In this document: piece after piece, positions 1 to 9,643 of the stretch | How positions within the stretch are numbered: position 1 is the first letter of the stretch | Layout: each line of letters opens with the position of its first letter | Assembly: GCA_023145435.1 (NCBI GenBank) | Contig: JAGLDS010000006.1 | Location: forward strand, 19,355-83,354 | Reading direction: 5' to 3' | Source of the DNA: Clostridiales bacterium | Lineage (GTDB): Bacteria; Bacillota; Clostridia; DUPQ01 | Length of the DNA stretch: 64,000 nucleotides | Translations under genes and position numbers: made by a program | Notes under the pieces: generated by a model | What the model was told of the DNA's origin: nothing | What the model saw: only the letters and a program-made list of their open reading frames with translations | The model's database searches: none

Positions 1-765
1 GATTCATCACAGTTAATTGTCTTTTGTGGTGTTCATTTTATGGCAGAAAGTGCAAAGATTTTATCTCCTTTAAAAACAGTTTTATTACCTGATATTCATG
101 CTGGATGTCCCATGGCAGATATGGTAACAGCTAGTGATTTAATAGAATTTAAAAAGGATTACCCTGAGGCTAAAGTTGTTTGCTATATTAATTCAACAGC
201 AAAGGTAAAAGCGATAAGCGATATTTGTTGTACATCATCAAATGCTGTTGATATTGTAAAGAGTTTAAAGGCTAAACAAGTAATTTTTGTACCTGATCAG
301 AATTTAGGAAGATATGTGTCTACATTTGTTAGAGAAACAGAATTTATTATGTGGAATGGATTTTGTAGTGTTCATAATAATTTAAAAGCATCTGATATTC
401 TTAAATTAAAAGAAACATATCCATCAGCCTTAGTTGCTATGCATCCTGAATGCCAAGAAGAACCCATAAAATTAGCGGATTTTGTAGGTAGTACTAAAGC
501 TATAATTGATTATGTATTAGAGCAAGAACATGATGAATTTATCATTGCAACTGAGCAAGGGATTATTGATAGAATTAATATGTTAGATCCTTCAAAAAAA
601 CTTCACTTGGCGGGTAAATGTTTGCTTTGTAAAAACATGAAAAAAATCACGTTAGAAAAAGTAAAAGCAGCTTTAGAAGAGAATATATATAAAGTTGAAA
701 TGGATGAAAATATTATGAATCAAGCTAGAGGAAGTCTAGTACGAATGTTAGAGGCATCAAGATGA
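1..765 (+). CDS. nadA: Quinolinate synthase A, 5' end outside the window
   Basis: Frame is open from base 1 (DSSQLIVFCGVHFMAE); GCPMADM, CCTSSNA, HPEC and CKNMKK motifs; precedes nadB-nadC. Confidence 0.96.
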   Translation, partial: DSSQLIVFCGVHFMAESAKILSPLKTVLLPDIHAGCPMADMVTASDLIEFKKDYPEAKVVCYINSTAKVKAISDICCTSSNAVDIVKSLKAKQVIFVPDQNLGRYVSTFVRETEFIMWNGFCSVHNNLKASDILKLKETYPSALVAMHPECQEEPIKLADFVGSTKAIIDYVLEQEHDEFIIATEQGIIDRINMLDPSKKLHLAGKCLLCKNMKKITLEKVKAALEENIYKVEMDENIMNQARGSLVRMLEASR

Positions 766-2360
766 AAAGATACCTTGTTGGTGTAGATAAAAATACAGAA
801 ACCATTGAAACCGATGTGTTAATAATTGGGAGTGGAATTGCTGGAACGTATACGGCTCTTTGTATAAGCGAGAACATAAAAGTGACCATACTTGCAAAGG
901 AGGCTATTGATGTTAGTAATACAGCTTTAGCACAAGGAGGCATAGCTGTTTCTTTAGGGGATGGAGATTCTCCTACTTATCACCATAATGATACATTATT
1001 TGCAGGTGCTGGTTTATCTGATGATGATATGGTCTGGTTACTAGTAAACGAAGCAAAAGATAATATTAAAAATCTTTGTGATCTAGGAGTTAAATTTGAT
1101 ATGTCAGATGGAATGCTTGATTTAACAAAAGAAGCTGCACATTCAAAAAGAAGAATTATACATGCAAAAGATTTCACAGGAAAAGAAGTGTGTGATAAAT
1201 TATTAGCGAGTTCAAAAAAAAGAAATAATATTACATTACATGAAAATATGTTTGCAATTGATATTATTACAGAAAATCAAACATATAAAGCAACAATTAT
1301 TCTTGATCAAAAAACTGGGAAAAAGAAAATATATAAAAGTAAATATGTGGTGTGTGCTTCAGGAGGATTTGGTCAATTATATCAAATCACTTCAAATCCA
1401 ATTATTGCCACAGGAGATGGTATGGCAATGGCCTACCGTGCAGGGGCCACTTTACAAGATATGGAATTCGTACAATTTCATCCCACAGTTTTATTTCACA
1501 AAAAAGATAAAAGTTTTTTAATTTCAGAAGCCGTACGTGGTGAAGGTGCAGTACTTAGAAACAGTTTCGGCGAACAATTTATGAGCAACTATGATGAACT
1601 AAAAGAATTAGCACCAAGAGATATTGTTGCCAGAGCTATTTTTAGTGAAATGGGAAAAACACAATCAGATTGTGTTTATCTAGATATAACATTTAAGAGT
1701 AGAAAATATTTAAGTGAACGATTCCCTAAAATATTTAATACTTGCTTGAAGTATGGAATTGATATTTCAAAAGATTATATCCCAGTTGCGCCTGCAGAGC
1801 ATTATTGCATGGGTGGCATAAAAACAGACTTAACAGGAAAGACAGAGATAGATAGATTATATGCTTGTGGCGAAGTGTCGTGCACAGGTATCCATGGTGC
1901 AAATCGTTTAGCTAGTAACTCTTTACTAGAGGGTTTAGTTTTTGGAAAAAGAATTGCTAATGATATTTCGATGAATCATTTACGTGTACATATTGATAAA
2001 AAAAATTATCTAATTAGTGAATCAGGAGAAACTTATTCACAACCCGTATCTGAAATAGAAAAGCGTATTAAAAAAACCATGAATCAGAATGTAGGTATTG
2101 TTAGGGATGAAAAGGGACTAAAAACTGCAAAAAAAATTATGGATGAAACTTTAGATATTCTTAATTTATATAAGTACAATTCCATGGCTCAGATACAAAC
2201 AGCTAATATGGCTATAATTGGTGAAATCGTAATTTCTTCAGCACTTGCTAGAAAAGAAAGTAGAGGGGCTCACTTTAGAACTGATTATCCAAACACTTTG
2301 GATTCTTTCAAAAAACATATTACAAAGAAAAGAGAGGAAAGTAATGATGAAACTTTCTAA
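762..2360 (+). CDS. nadB: L-aspartate oxidase
   Basis: FAD motif IIGSGIAG, AQGGIA, QFHPT, SEAVRGEG, HGANRLASNSLLEG; nad operon context. Confidence 0.96.
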   Translation: MKRYLVGVDKNTETIETDVLIIGSGIAGTYTALCISENIKVTILAKEAIDVSNTALAQGGIAVSLGDGDSPTYHHNDTLFAGAGLSDDDMVWLLVNEAKDNIKNLCDLGVKFDMSDGMLDLTKEAAHSKRRIIHAKDFTGKEVCDKLLASSKKRNNITLHENMFAIDIITENQTYKATIILDQKTGKKKIYKSKYVVCASGGFGQLYQITSNPIIATGDGMAMAYRAGATLQDMEFVQFHPTVLFHKKDKSFLISEAVRGEGAVLRNSFGEQFMSNYDELKELAPRDIVARAIFSEMGKTQSDCVYLDITFKSRKYLSERFPKIFNTCLKYGIDISKDYIPVAPAEHYCMGGIKTDLTGKTEIDRLYACGEVSCTGIHGANRLASNSLLEGLVFGKRIANDISMNHLRVHIDKKNYLISESGETYSQPVSEIEKRIKKTMNQNVGIVRDEKGLKTAKKIMDETLDILNLYKYNSMAQIQTANMAIIGEIVISSALARKESRGAHFRTDYPNTLDSFKKHITKKREESNDETF

Positions 2361-3180
2361 TTTAGCTATTGATACAATTATTTTAAATGCATTACAAGAA
2401 GATATGCCTTATGGGGATATATCAACTGATAGTTTGTTTTCAAAAATTGAGCAAAGTGAAGGTAAGTTGATTGCAAAACAAGATGGTGTTCTTGCTGGGC
2501 TAATGGTTTTTCAAAGAGTATTTTTATTAATTGATGACATGGTAAAATTTAAATTTAATTTTAGTGATGGTGATTATGTTAAAAAAAGTGATGTGATTTT
2601 AAATATTAGTGGAGCCACTGCTAGTATATTAAAAGGTGAGAGAGTTGCACTAAATTTATTACAACGAATGTGTGGTATTGCCACTAAAACAAATAGGCTT
2701 GTTAAAGCAATTAATAATAAAAACATAAGATTAGTTGATACTAGAAAAACTACACCTAATTTACGTATTCTTGAAAAATATGCTGTTACTATGGGTGGTG
2801 GATATAACCATCGCTTTTCACTATCAGATGCTGTTATGTTAAAAGACAATCATATTAAAGCTGTAGGTAGTATTAAAAAAGCAGTTAAGATTGTAAGAGA
2901 AAAAATTCCTCATACAATGACCATTGAAGTTGAAGCTGAAAATTTAAAACAAGTAAAAGAAGCAATTTTGGCAAAAGCGGATATTATTATGCTTGATAAT
3001 ATGGATGTTGAAACAATGGAAAAAGCCATAGCATTAATTAATAAAAAAGCACTTGTGGAAATTTCAGGAAATATTGATATTTATAGTATTTCTAAGAAAA
3101 CTTTACCAGGTGTCGATATAATTTCATCTGGAGCAATTACCCACTCAATTGAAGCTATGGATATAAGCTTAAAATTCTAA
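2344..3180 (+). CDS. nadC: Quinolinate phosphoribosyltransferase
   Basis: DTRKTTP, NHRFSLSDAVMLKDNH, IMLDN motifs; start moved to ATG 2344 behind a GAGG-type RBS. Confidence 0.96.
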   Translation: MMKLSNLAIDTIILNALQEDMPYGDISTDSLFSKIEQSEGKLIAKQDGVLAGLMVFQRVFLLIDDMVKFKFNFSDGDYVKKSDVILNISGATASILKGERVALNLLQRMCGIATKTNRLVKAINNKNIRLVDTRKTTPNLRILEKYAVTMGGGYNHRFSLSDAVMLKDNHIKAVGSIKKAVKIVREKIPHTMTIEVEAENLKQVKEAILAKADIIMLDNMDVETMEKAIALINKKALVEISGNIDIYSISKKTLPGVDIISSGAITHSIEAMDISLKF

Positions 3181-3181
3181 G

Positions 3182-3441
3182 TTATCAACAGAATATAAGG
3201 GTTGTCCACAATTGCAGTAAAAAGTTAACAATATTTTAAAAAGATATCCACAGAAAAACCAAGAAAAATTAAATAGAAAATAAAAAACCACAAAGAAGCC
3301 GGGTTTTAGTGGCTTTTTTGCCATAAAAGTTATCAACAGGGAGATATCAACAACTGTGGAAAGAATTTTATAAAAAAACTAAAAAATCCCATTAAATAGG
3401 GCATTTCACGGTTATCCACAGAAAAACACTACTTTTCCACA
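3182..3441. repeat. Cluster of about 8 DnaA boxes
   Basis: TTATCAACA 3182, TTGTCCACA 3202, ATATCCACA 3244, TTATCAACA 3330, ATATCAACA 3344, TGTGGAAAG (reverse) 3355, TTATCCACA 3412 (perfect), TTTTCCACA 3433; consensus TTATCCACA. Confidence 0.85.
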
Positions 3442-3475
3442 AACAAATGTTCACCCCAAATAATATTAGTTTTTA

Positions 3476-3504
3476 TGAAACCTTTTGGGCCTTTTTTTCG
3501 TCTA
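3476..3504 (+). promoter_or_regulatory. Candidate ECF sigma-factor promoter
   Basis: TGAAAC-N17-CGTCTA resembles SigM/SigW/SigV-type consensus (TGAAAC...CGT); upstream of the S-layer gene. Confidence 0.5.
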
Positions 3505-3617
3505 ATATTTATGACGGCTTTTATTAGTTGTTATTAATTGTATTTCACTTTTTCAAGTGATATACTATTAATGAAATTTTTACTAAAGAAAAAACATTAT
3601 AAAGGAGGAAATAAATA

Positions 3618-6578
3618 ATGAAATCAGTAAAAAGAATTCTTTCGTCAATTCTGGTTATTACCATGCTATTAGTCATGGTTTCTTTACCAGTTAGTGCGGC
3701 TATTTCATCTCAAGCAGACACTGTTAGAATATTAGGTGTTCTAAAGGGTGATAGCGCAGCAGGTGTAACGGAAGAATATTTGGCAAAAAATACAAATAGA
3801 TCTCAGGGTGCTAGAATATTACTAAGACTTATGGGATTAGAAACAGAAGCAGATGCATTTACAGGTAGCGCTACATTTAGCGACGCATCTAATGCATCAA
3901 GTTATTGGCAACACATGTTAGCTTATTTAAAAGCAAATCCAGAAGTTGGTTTCCAAGGATATCCAGATGGAACTTTTAAACCTCTTAAAGTTATGACAGC
4001 TCAAGAAATATATAAAGTGTTGTTAACTTCTTTAGGATACGTACAAGACGTAGACTATACATGGGATGAAGTTTTTACATTCGCTGCTGAAAAAGGATTA
4101 ACTGCATTATATGGTACAGAAGAAATAACAAATGATGATTTAGCAACCGCATTAGTTGAAGCATTAAATGCAACTAAAAAAGACGGTATGAGATTAATCA
4201 ACTTCTTAGTACAAGAAGGTGTTGTTACTTCTACCAAAGCCGCTGAAGCTGGCTTCTTAACCATTACAGAACTTGTTTATGAAGAAACTTACCTATGTAT
4301 CTATAATGGAACACCTGATTGGCCTAGTACATTAGAAGCAACTTTTGCTGATGAAACAACAGGTTCAGTTAACGTTGTTTGGTCTTCAATTGATTCAAGT
4401 GTAGTTGGTTTCCATGGTGCTACTGGTACTGTTGAAGGATATGGAACGATTTCAGTAATCGTTGAAGTATTCCCTGAAACATTAACAGTAATGGATGCTT
4501 TCCCATCAGATGCTGATGAAATTACTGTATTAGTAAATCAACCAGTACCTATTGGAACTACTATTACTCTTAAAAGAGGATTAGTTGGTTTAGGAACTAC
4601 TGTTACTTATTCAGAAAACAGAAAATCATTTACTTTTACTCAAACATGGAATTTCACACCTGGTGAATATACTGTAAATGTTGGAGGAAGTGAAAAAACA
4701 TTTACTATTGAAGCAGAGAGAGCTGAAGGATTATACATCGATGCAGATTATATCTATCCATTAGCTAATCAAGATTTACAAATTCATTTAGTTAACCAAT
4801 ATGGAATGGCTATGAATTTAACAAATGTACAAATTACTATTTCAAATATTACTAAAGGAATTCAAGTTCCATACACAATTACTGGTGAAACAGCAATTGC
4901 TAATGGTTCTGATCCCTCAAAAGTAGAAGCCGGAGATCAATTAATGATTTTTGTACTTCATAATACTAGTATGTTGACAGCAACAAAACAGGTAGTCGTA
5001 TATGACGAACCAAGCATTCAAGCTTTACAGTTTGGAACATTAGAAATTGCTGATAACAAATCAACAATCGTAGAATACACAACAGGACATAAAATTGAAG
5101 TATATGCAATTGATCAATATGGTAATCCATTAATGTTAACCAACGCTGACATTCAGCCTGGTGGACTAATTCAAGTTTACAGTACTTCAGAAACTATTAT
5201 TAACCCAGCAAGCATTATTATAAACGGCGAAGGCGACTTAGTCTTTAATGCAGAAGCACCAGGAATTGTTACATTGCACTTAATTGTTCCAACAAAAGGA
5301 ATTATTGCGCAACAGACATTAACTGTTTATGCTTCATCAGCTATTGACAATTTTATTATTGCCGGTGCAACTGGAAGAGTTACAGCTGGAACAACTGCTG
5401 ACTTAATTTCTCAAGCATATGACCAATATGGTACACCTCTTTCATTACTTGGTAACTTTGAAGTAAGCAAATTAGTTGTTTCATCATCTAATCCAAGTGT
5501 AGTACCAAACAATGGTATTATCTATGATGCAGGAACTGGTACATTACAAGTTATGGCAGGAATTGCAGGAACTGCACAAGTTTTCTACAGTTATGATGGT
5601 TCAACTACACAGTCATTCTCAGTTACTGTAGATGAAGCTCCAAGACCAGTTACTCTTGTGTCATCTAACATACCTTCATACTTCCAAGTAGGAGCAATCT
5701 ATGCTGCCACTGATGCTAATTTAGTTATAAAAGACCAGTATGGTGAGGCTATTGATTTAGAGGGAACAGGATATACTGTATCTATAGAATTTGTAAACGG
5801 AACAGGTACTTATATGTCTTCATCTCCAGCAAGTTTTGATGGAACAAATACTGTAACATTTACAGCATCAAGTACTGCAGGAACAGCTAATGTTCAATTA
5901 TCACTACTTAATTCATCAATGACATCTGTTAGTGTTATTCAACCAAATGTATATGTTCTTAATGCTAGTGAAATTACTAACTACACCTTAAGTGATGCAC
6001 CAATCTTATATGGTGCCCCAGGAACAGCTGGAACTGACTATGAAGTAACATTAGAGATTCAAGGAAAAACAAGCACAGGTCAAACTGTTATATTAGAAGG
6101 CTCAGGTGCAGTTCCATCAGGAATTATTATGGTAACAAATTCTAACAGCGCTGACTTTACATTGAATAATACTACATTAGAATTGTCCGCACAGGCAGCT
6201 GGAACAACGACTATTAAGATCTTCTCAGTATATGGTGAAGAAGATGCTATCACTGTAACAGCAGTAAGCGATTTACCAGAAGTCACTATATTCGCTTGGA
6301 ATGCAAGTGAAGACTTTGAAATTAATGAAGGTCAAACAGCAGTTGCTTTATTAGAAGGTGACGTTGTTGTTAAAGATCAGTATGGTGTTGTGATTGATTT
6401 AACATCAGGTTCTTGGTATACATCAATTCCTGCAGCAATTAGTATTGCTACACAATCAACTAATAAGTCACCAACTGTTACTATTGGTACTGTTACCACA
6501 GACACAGCAGTATCTATTTCATACATTACAACAGATGGTAAAGTATTAACACATACCTTCACAGTTGTAGATGACTAA
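3618..6578 (+). CDS. S-layer / surface protein with SLH-like N-terminus and Ig-like repeats
   Basis: Signal peptide (VSA-A), SLH-like GFQGYPDGTFKP, repeated (D/N)QYG motifs, T/S/V-rich beta composition, strong AAGGAGG RBS. Confidence 0.8.
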   Translation: MKSVKRILSSILVITMLLVMVSLPVSAAISSQADTVRILGVLKGDSAAGVTEEYLAKNTNRSQGARILLRLMGLETEADAFTGSATFSDASNASSYWQHMLAYLKANPEVGFQGYPDGTFKPLKVMTAQEIYKVLLTSLGYVQDVDYTWDEVFTFAAEKGLTALYGTEEITNDDLATALVEALNATKKDGMRLINFLVQEGVVTSTKAAEAGFLTITELVYEETYLCIYNGTPDWPSTLEATFADETTGSVNVVWSSIDSSVVGFHGATGTVEGYGTISVIVEVFPETLTVMDAFPSDADEITVLVNQPVPIGTTITLKRGLVGLGTTVTYSENRKSFTFTQTWNFTPGEYTVNVGGSEKTFTIEAERAEGLYIDADYIYPLANQDLQIHLVNQYGMAMNLTNVQITISNITKGIQVPYTITGETAIANGSDPSKVEAGDQLMIFVLHNTSMLTATKQVVVYDEPSIQALQFGTLEIADNKSTIVEYTTGHKIEVYAIDQYGNPLMLTNADIQPGGLIQVYSTSETIINPASIIINGEGDLVFNAEAPGIVTLHLIVPTKGIIAQQTLTVYASSAIDNFIIAGATGRVTAGTTADLISQAYDQYGTPLSLLGNFEVSKLVVSSSNPSVVPNNGIIYDAGTGTLQVMAGIAGTAQVFYSYDGSTTQSFSVTVDEAPRPVTLVSSNIPSYFQVGAIYAATDANLVIKDQYGEAIDLEGTGYTVSIEFVNGTGTYMSSSPASFDGTNTVTFTASSTAGTANVQLSLLNSSMTSVSVIQPNVYVLNASEITNYTLSDAPILYGAPGTAGTDYEVTLEIQGKTSTGQTVILEGSGAVPSGIIMVTNSNSADFTLNNTTLELSAQAAGTTTIKIFSVYGEEDAITVTAVSDLPEVTIFAWNASEDFEINEGQTAVALLEGDVVVKDQYGVVIDLTSGSWYTSIPAAISIATQSTNKSPTVTIGTVTTDTAVSISYITTDGKVLTHTFTVVDD

Positions 6579-6599
6579 ATAGTTTTAAACAAATTTATT

Positions 6600-6630
6600 G
6601 AAAGAGTACTTAATTGTACTCTTTCTTTTT
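6600..6630 (+). terminator. Intrinsic terminator
   Basis: GAAAGAGTAC-ttaatt-GTACTCTTTC followed by a T tract. Confidence 0.85.
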
Positions 6631-6716
6631 GTGAATTTTTTGTAAACGATTATGTATTTTACTTATGAGGTCTTTTATTTATGATATAATTTGTATAGTA
6701 AAAAAAGGGGGCCATT

Positions 6717-7820
6717 TTGTTAAAGAAAATTACCAGTATAGTTTTAATATTTTTACTAATAAGCTTACCATTAATGGCAAAAGCTTCATCCTTTAATGAA
6801 TTACAAGTTGAGTACCTATCTAATAGTGAGCAATTACAATCACTTAAAGAACAATTAAATGATCAAATTGATAATTATGTAGATGATTATTATAGGTATG
6901 TTAAGATGAGTAGTAGAAGTAATCTTTCATATAATCTTGCATATTTAATGATTAATAAAATTACAGGTAAATTAAATGTTGATTGGAATATAGAAAGAAC
7001 TAAAGAACAATTATTAACGACTACTAGTTCCCTTGAAATAACATTTAGAAATTTATATTTTTCTCTATACTCGTTTCATAAAAATGTAAACAGCATGCAA
7101 GATAAGTATGATAAACAAGTAGTTGCTTATGCTAATTCACAATTGTTGTTTTCACAAGGTTATATTAATCAATCTTCTCTTAGAGTAGCAAGATACACCT
7201 TAGAAACCGCAAAAGTATCTTTAAATAGTAGTAAGCGAAATTATGAGAATGCTCTATTTTCTTTTAATATAGCAATGAAACAATCAATTAACTTTTCTGA
7301 TTATTCTTGGGATATAGAAGAAACTCTTTTACCCGTTTTAAAGCTTAGTGAGTATCTTGATAGTTTTATTACGTATTCAAAAGTTATCATTGAATATGAT
7401 AGACAACTTTATAAAGATGAAATTAAGGTTGATTATCTTGATGGATATAATGTTAATGTAACAACAAATAGTGGTTCAATAGATTATAAGCAAACGATGA
7501 TTACAATGGAGCTAAATCAATTATATAAAGAAACATTCATAACCTCACAATCTAAGGAGATAAGACAATTGTTTTTCAATTTATCTCAAGAACATGACAC
7601 AATTAATAATTACAAAACAAAAATTAATATTTATTATCAAGAAATGCTAGATAATAAAGCATTTGCTGAAAAAGGATATATTGACCAAGAAGAATATCAA
7701 GAATATGTAGAATGTTATGAAGCATCTCTTGTTACCTATATAGAAAAGATGTACACATACAATACACATGTATTGCAACTTGAAAATATTGCTTGCACTT
7801 ATATGAAGGAGACTTTTTAA
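6717..7820 (+). CDS. Secreted helical protein, TolC/OEP-like
   Basis: Signal peptide (AKA-S); long amphipathic helices with two 'GYI' turns (FSQGYINQ, EKGYIDQ) like OEP repeats. Confidence 0.55.
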   Translation: MLKKITSIVLIFLLISLPLMAKASSFNELQVEYLSNSEQLQSLKEQLNDQIDNYVDDYYRYVKMSSRSNLSYNLAYLMINKITGKLNVDWNIERTKEQLLTTTSSLEITFRNLYFSLYSFHKNVNSMQDKYDKQVVAYANSQLLFSQGYINQSSLRVARYTLETAKVSLNSSKRNYENALFSFNIAMKQSINFSDYSWDIEETLLPVLKLSEYLDSFITYSKVIIEYDRQLYKDEIKVDYLDGYNVNVTTNSGSIDYKQTMITMELNQLYKETFITSQSKEIRQLFFNLSQEHDTINNYKTKINIYYQEMLDNKAFAEKGYIDQEEYQEYVECYEASLVTYIEKMYTYNTHVLQLENIACTYMKETF

Positions 7821-7822
7821 TC

Positions 7823-8875
7823 ATGAAGAAAAAAATTATTTTATTAGTGATCATAGCGCTGTTAATCAGCGGAGGTGTTTTAGGAGTTGAAGTAATAAAA
7901 ATTTCAATTGAACAAGCTAATACTTTAGCTATTACAAATAATCCATATGTAGCAATTGACGAATTACGATATGATGCTGCTGTTATTTCATATGACGAGG
8001 CAAATAGAATAGCTTCAATCACAGAAAAGACAACCTACAAAGGACAAATTAAAGGGGTTTATACACCATTTAATGAAGAGACTACTTTAACTTTAATAGT
8101 AATGAATAATAATAAGAATATTAAAAATATTGAAAAAGACATTCTAAATGTGAGTTATGATTATTATCTTTTTGAAAGTAGTTTATATTTAGCTAATGAG
8201 ACTTTTTTAAAGGCTAAAAGTGATTATTTGGAAATATTAGCAACATCAGATAGTATAGAACTTGAAAAAATGAATGGAGAATATTTAGTAGAGTCTTCAA
8301 GAATTGCCTTAGAAAATGCTGAGAATGAGTTTGCAGCAATTGGCAAGCGATTAAAAAGTATGTTACCAGACAATAAAATTATTGATATTAATTTAATTGA
8401 TATAATAAACCCTTATGACCTTACCTATGAAGAAGTATATGAAAGTGCAATGACAAATCATATTACGTTATATTCGTCTTCGCGTAATATGGAATCAAAA
8501 GAAATATATTTTAATATTATTAGTCAATTTTATGGAGAAACTACAGAAAAACATATTACTGCAAAGGCTAATTATGAACAAGCGTTATTAGATTATAATA
8601 AACAATTACTTTCAGTTGAAGTTTCAATTTTACGTGATATAAATAATTTAAAAACAAAATATGACTATTTACAATTAGAAAAATTGAATCAACAAATTAA
8701 ATTAGAAGACTATGAGATAGCTTTGACACAATATGAACAAGGATTTATCTCTCTTAATATTCTACAGGGAAAAGAGAAAACCTATAAGGTGGTAGTTTCT
8801 TTAGTTTCACAAAAGGAGAAAACCTATATATTAGCATTAAAAGATTTAGAAATCAGTACAGGATATATTCGTTAA
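7823..8875 (+). CDS. Secreted helical protein, TolC/OEP-like
   Basis: Start ATG 7823 after AAGGAG; signal peptide; ISIEQANTLAITNN N-terminus and YEQGFISL motif typical of OEP-family proteins. Confidence 0.6.
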   Translation: MKKKIILLVIIALLISGGVLGVEVIKISIEQANTLAITNNPYVAIDELRYDAAVISYDEANRIASITEKTTYKGQIKGVYTPFNEETTLTLIVMNNNKNIKNIEKDILNVSYDYYLFESSLYLANETFLKAKSDYLEILATSDSIELEKMNGEYLVESSRIALENAENEFAAIGKRLKSMLPDNKIIDINLIDIINPYDLTYEEVYESAMTNHITLYSSSRNMESKEIYFNIISQFYGETTEKHITAKANYEQALLDYNKQLLSVEVSILRDINNLKTKYDYLQLEKLNQQIKLEDYEIALTQYEQGFISLNILQGKEKTYKVVVSLVSQKEKTYILALKDLEISTGYIR

Positions 8876-8899
8876 AGGCACTTTAAAAGTGCTTTTTTC
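8875..8899 (+). terminator. Probable intrinsic terminator
   Basis: AAGGCACTTT/AAAGTGCTTT stem followed by T residues. Confidence 0.55.
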
Positions 8900-8950
8900 T
8901 CGCTTTGTTTTTATGATATAATTATGAGTATAGTAAAGGGAGGTGCTTAT

Positions 8951-9643
8951 TTGTCTGCTAAAATTTTAATTGTTGATGATGAAAGAAATATTGTTAATAT
9001 TCTCAAGTTTAATTTGCAAAAAGAGGGATATACCACAATAGAAGCATATGATGGACAAGAAGCTATTGAAAAGGGCCTAAATGAACACCCTGATTTAATC
9101 CTTTTAGATGTTATGTTACCAATTTATGATGGATTTACTGTTTGTCGTAAATTACGTGAGAGAATTCAAACACCAATTATCATGCTTACAGCTAAAGAAG
9201 AAGAATTAGATAAAGTGCTGGGGCTTGAACTAGGGGCCGATGATTATGTAACTAAACCATTTTCTCCAAGAGAATTAATAGCTAGAATAAAATCAAATTT
9301 ACGTCGAATGAAACCAAAAGATTTAAAAGATTTAAAAGAGAGCATTACTATATTTGACTTGCAAATAAACGAAGCAAGGTATGAAGTGTTAAAAAATAAT
9401 CAACCAATTGAATTATCAAGCAGAGAATTTGAATTATTATCATTTCTAGTTGAGAATAGAGGAGTTGTCATGAGTCGTGAAAAACTACTAGAATCAATTT
9501 GGGATTATAATTATTATGGTGATATGAGAACTGTGGATGTTACAATTAGCCGTCTTAGAGATAAATTGTCAACAGATAAAAACAAGTATATTGTAACTAA
9601 ACGTGGTATTGGATATTTTTTCAGAAAGGATGATAAGGAGTAA
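8951..9643 (+). CDS. walR: OmpR-family response regulator WalR/YycF
   Basis: Receiver domain (VDDE, LLDVMLP, GADDYVTKPF) plus winged helix (RTVDVTISRLR); TTG start after GGAGG; followed by PAS kinase, yycH and yycI. Confidence 0.85.
   Translation: MSAKILIVDDERNIVNILKFNLQKEGYTTIEAYDGQEAIEKGLNEHPDLILLDVMLPIYDGFTVCRKLRERIQTPIIMLTAKEEELDKVLGLELGADDYVTKPFSPRELIARIKSNLRRMKPKDLKDLKESITIFDLQINEARYEVLKNNQPIELSSREFELLSFLVENRGVVMSREKLLESIWDYNYYGDMRTVDVTISRLRDKLSTDKNKYIVTKRGIGYFFRKDDKE

Noticed and set aside
2245-2343. Longer N-termini in the ORF track for nadC (also walR, gcvH, XRE, M55 and nudF)
   Set aside because: Downstream starts have better RBS placement or match the family N-terminus; the extensions overlap neighbouring genes or promoters.
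3181-3617. Repeated short motifs considered as a CRISPR array or tRNA
   Set aside because: Repeats are 9-mers with irregular spacing that match DnaA boxes; no long direct repeats, cloverleaf or cas genes.
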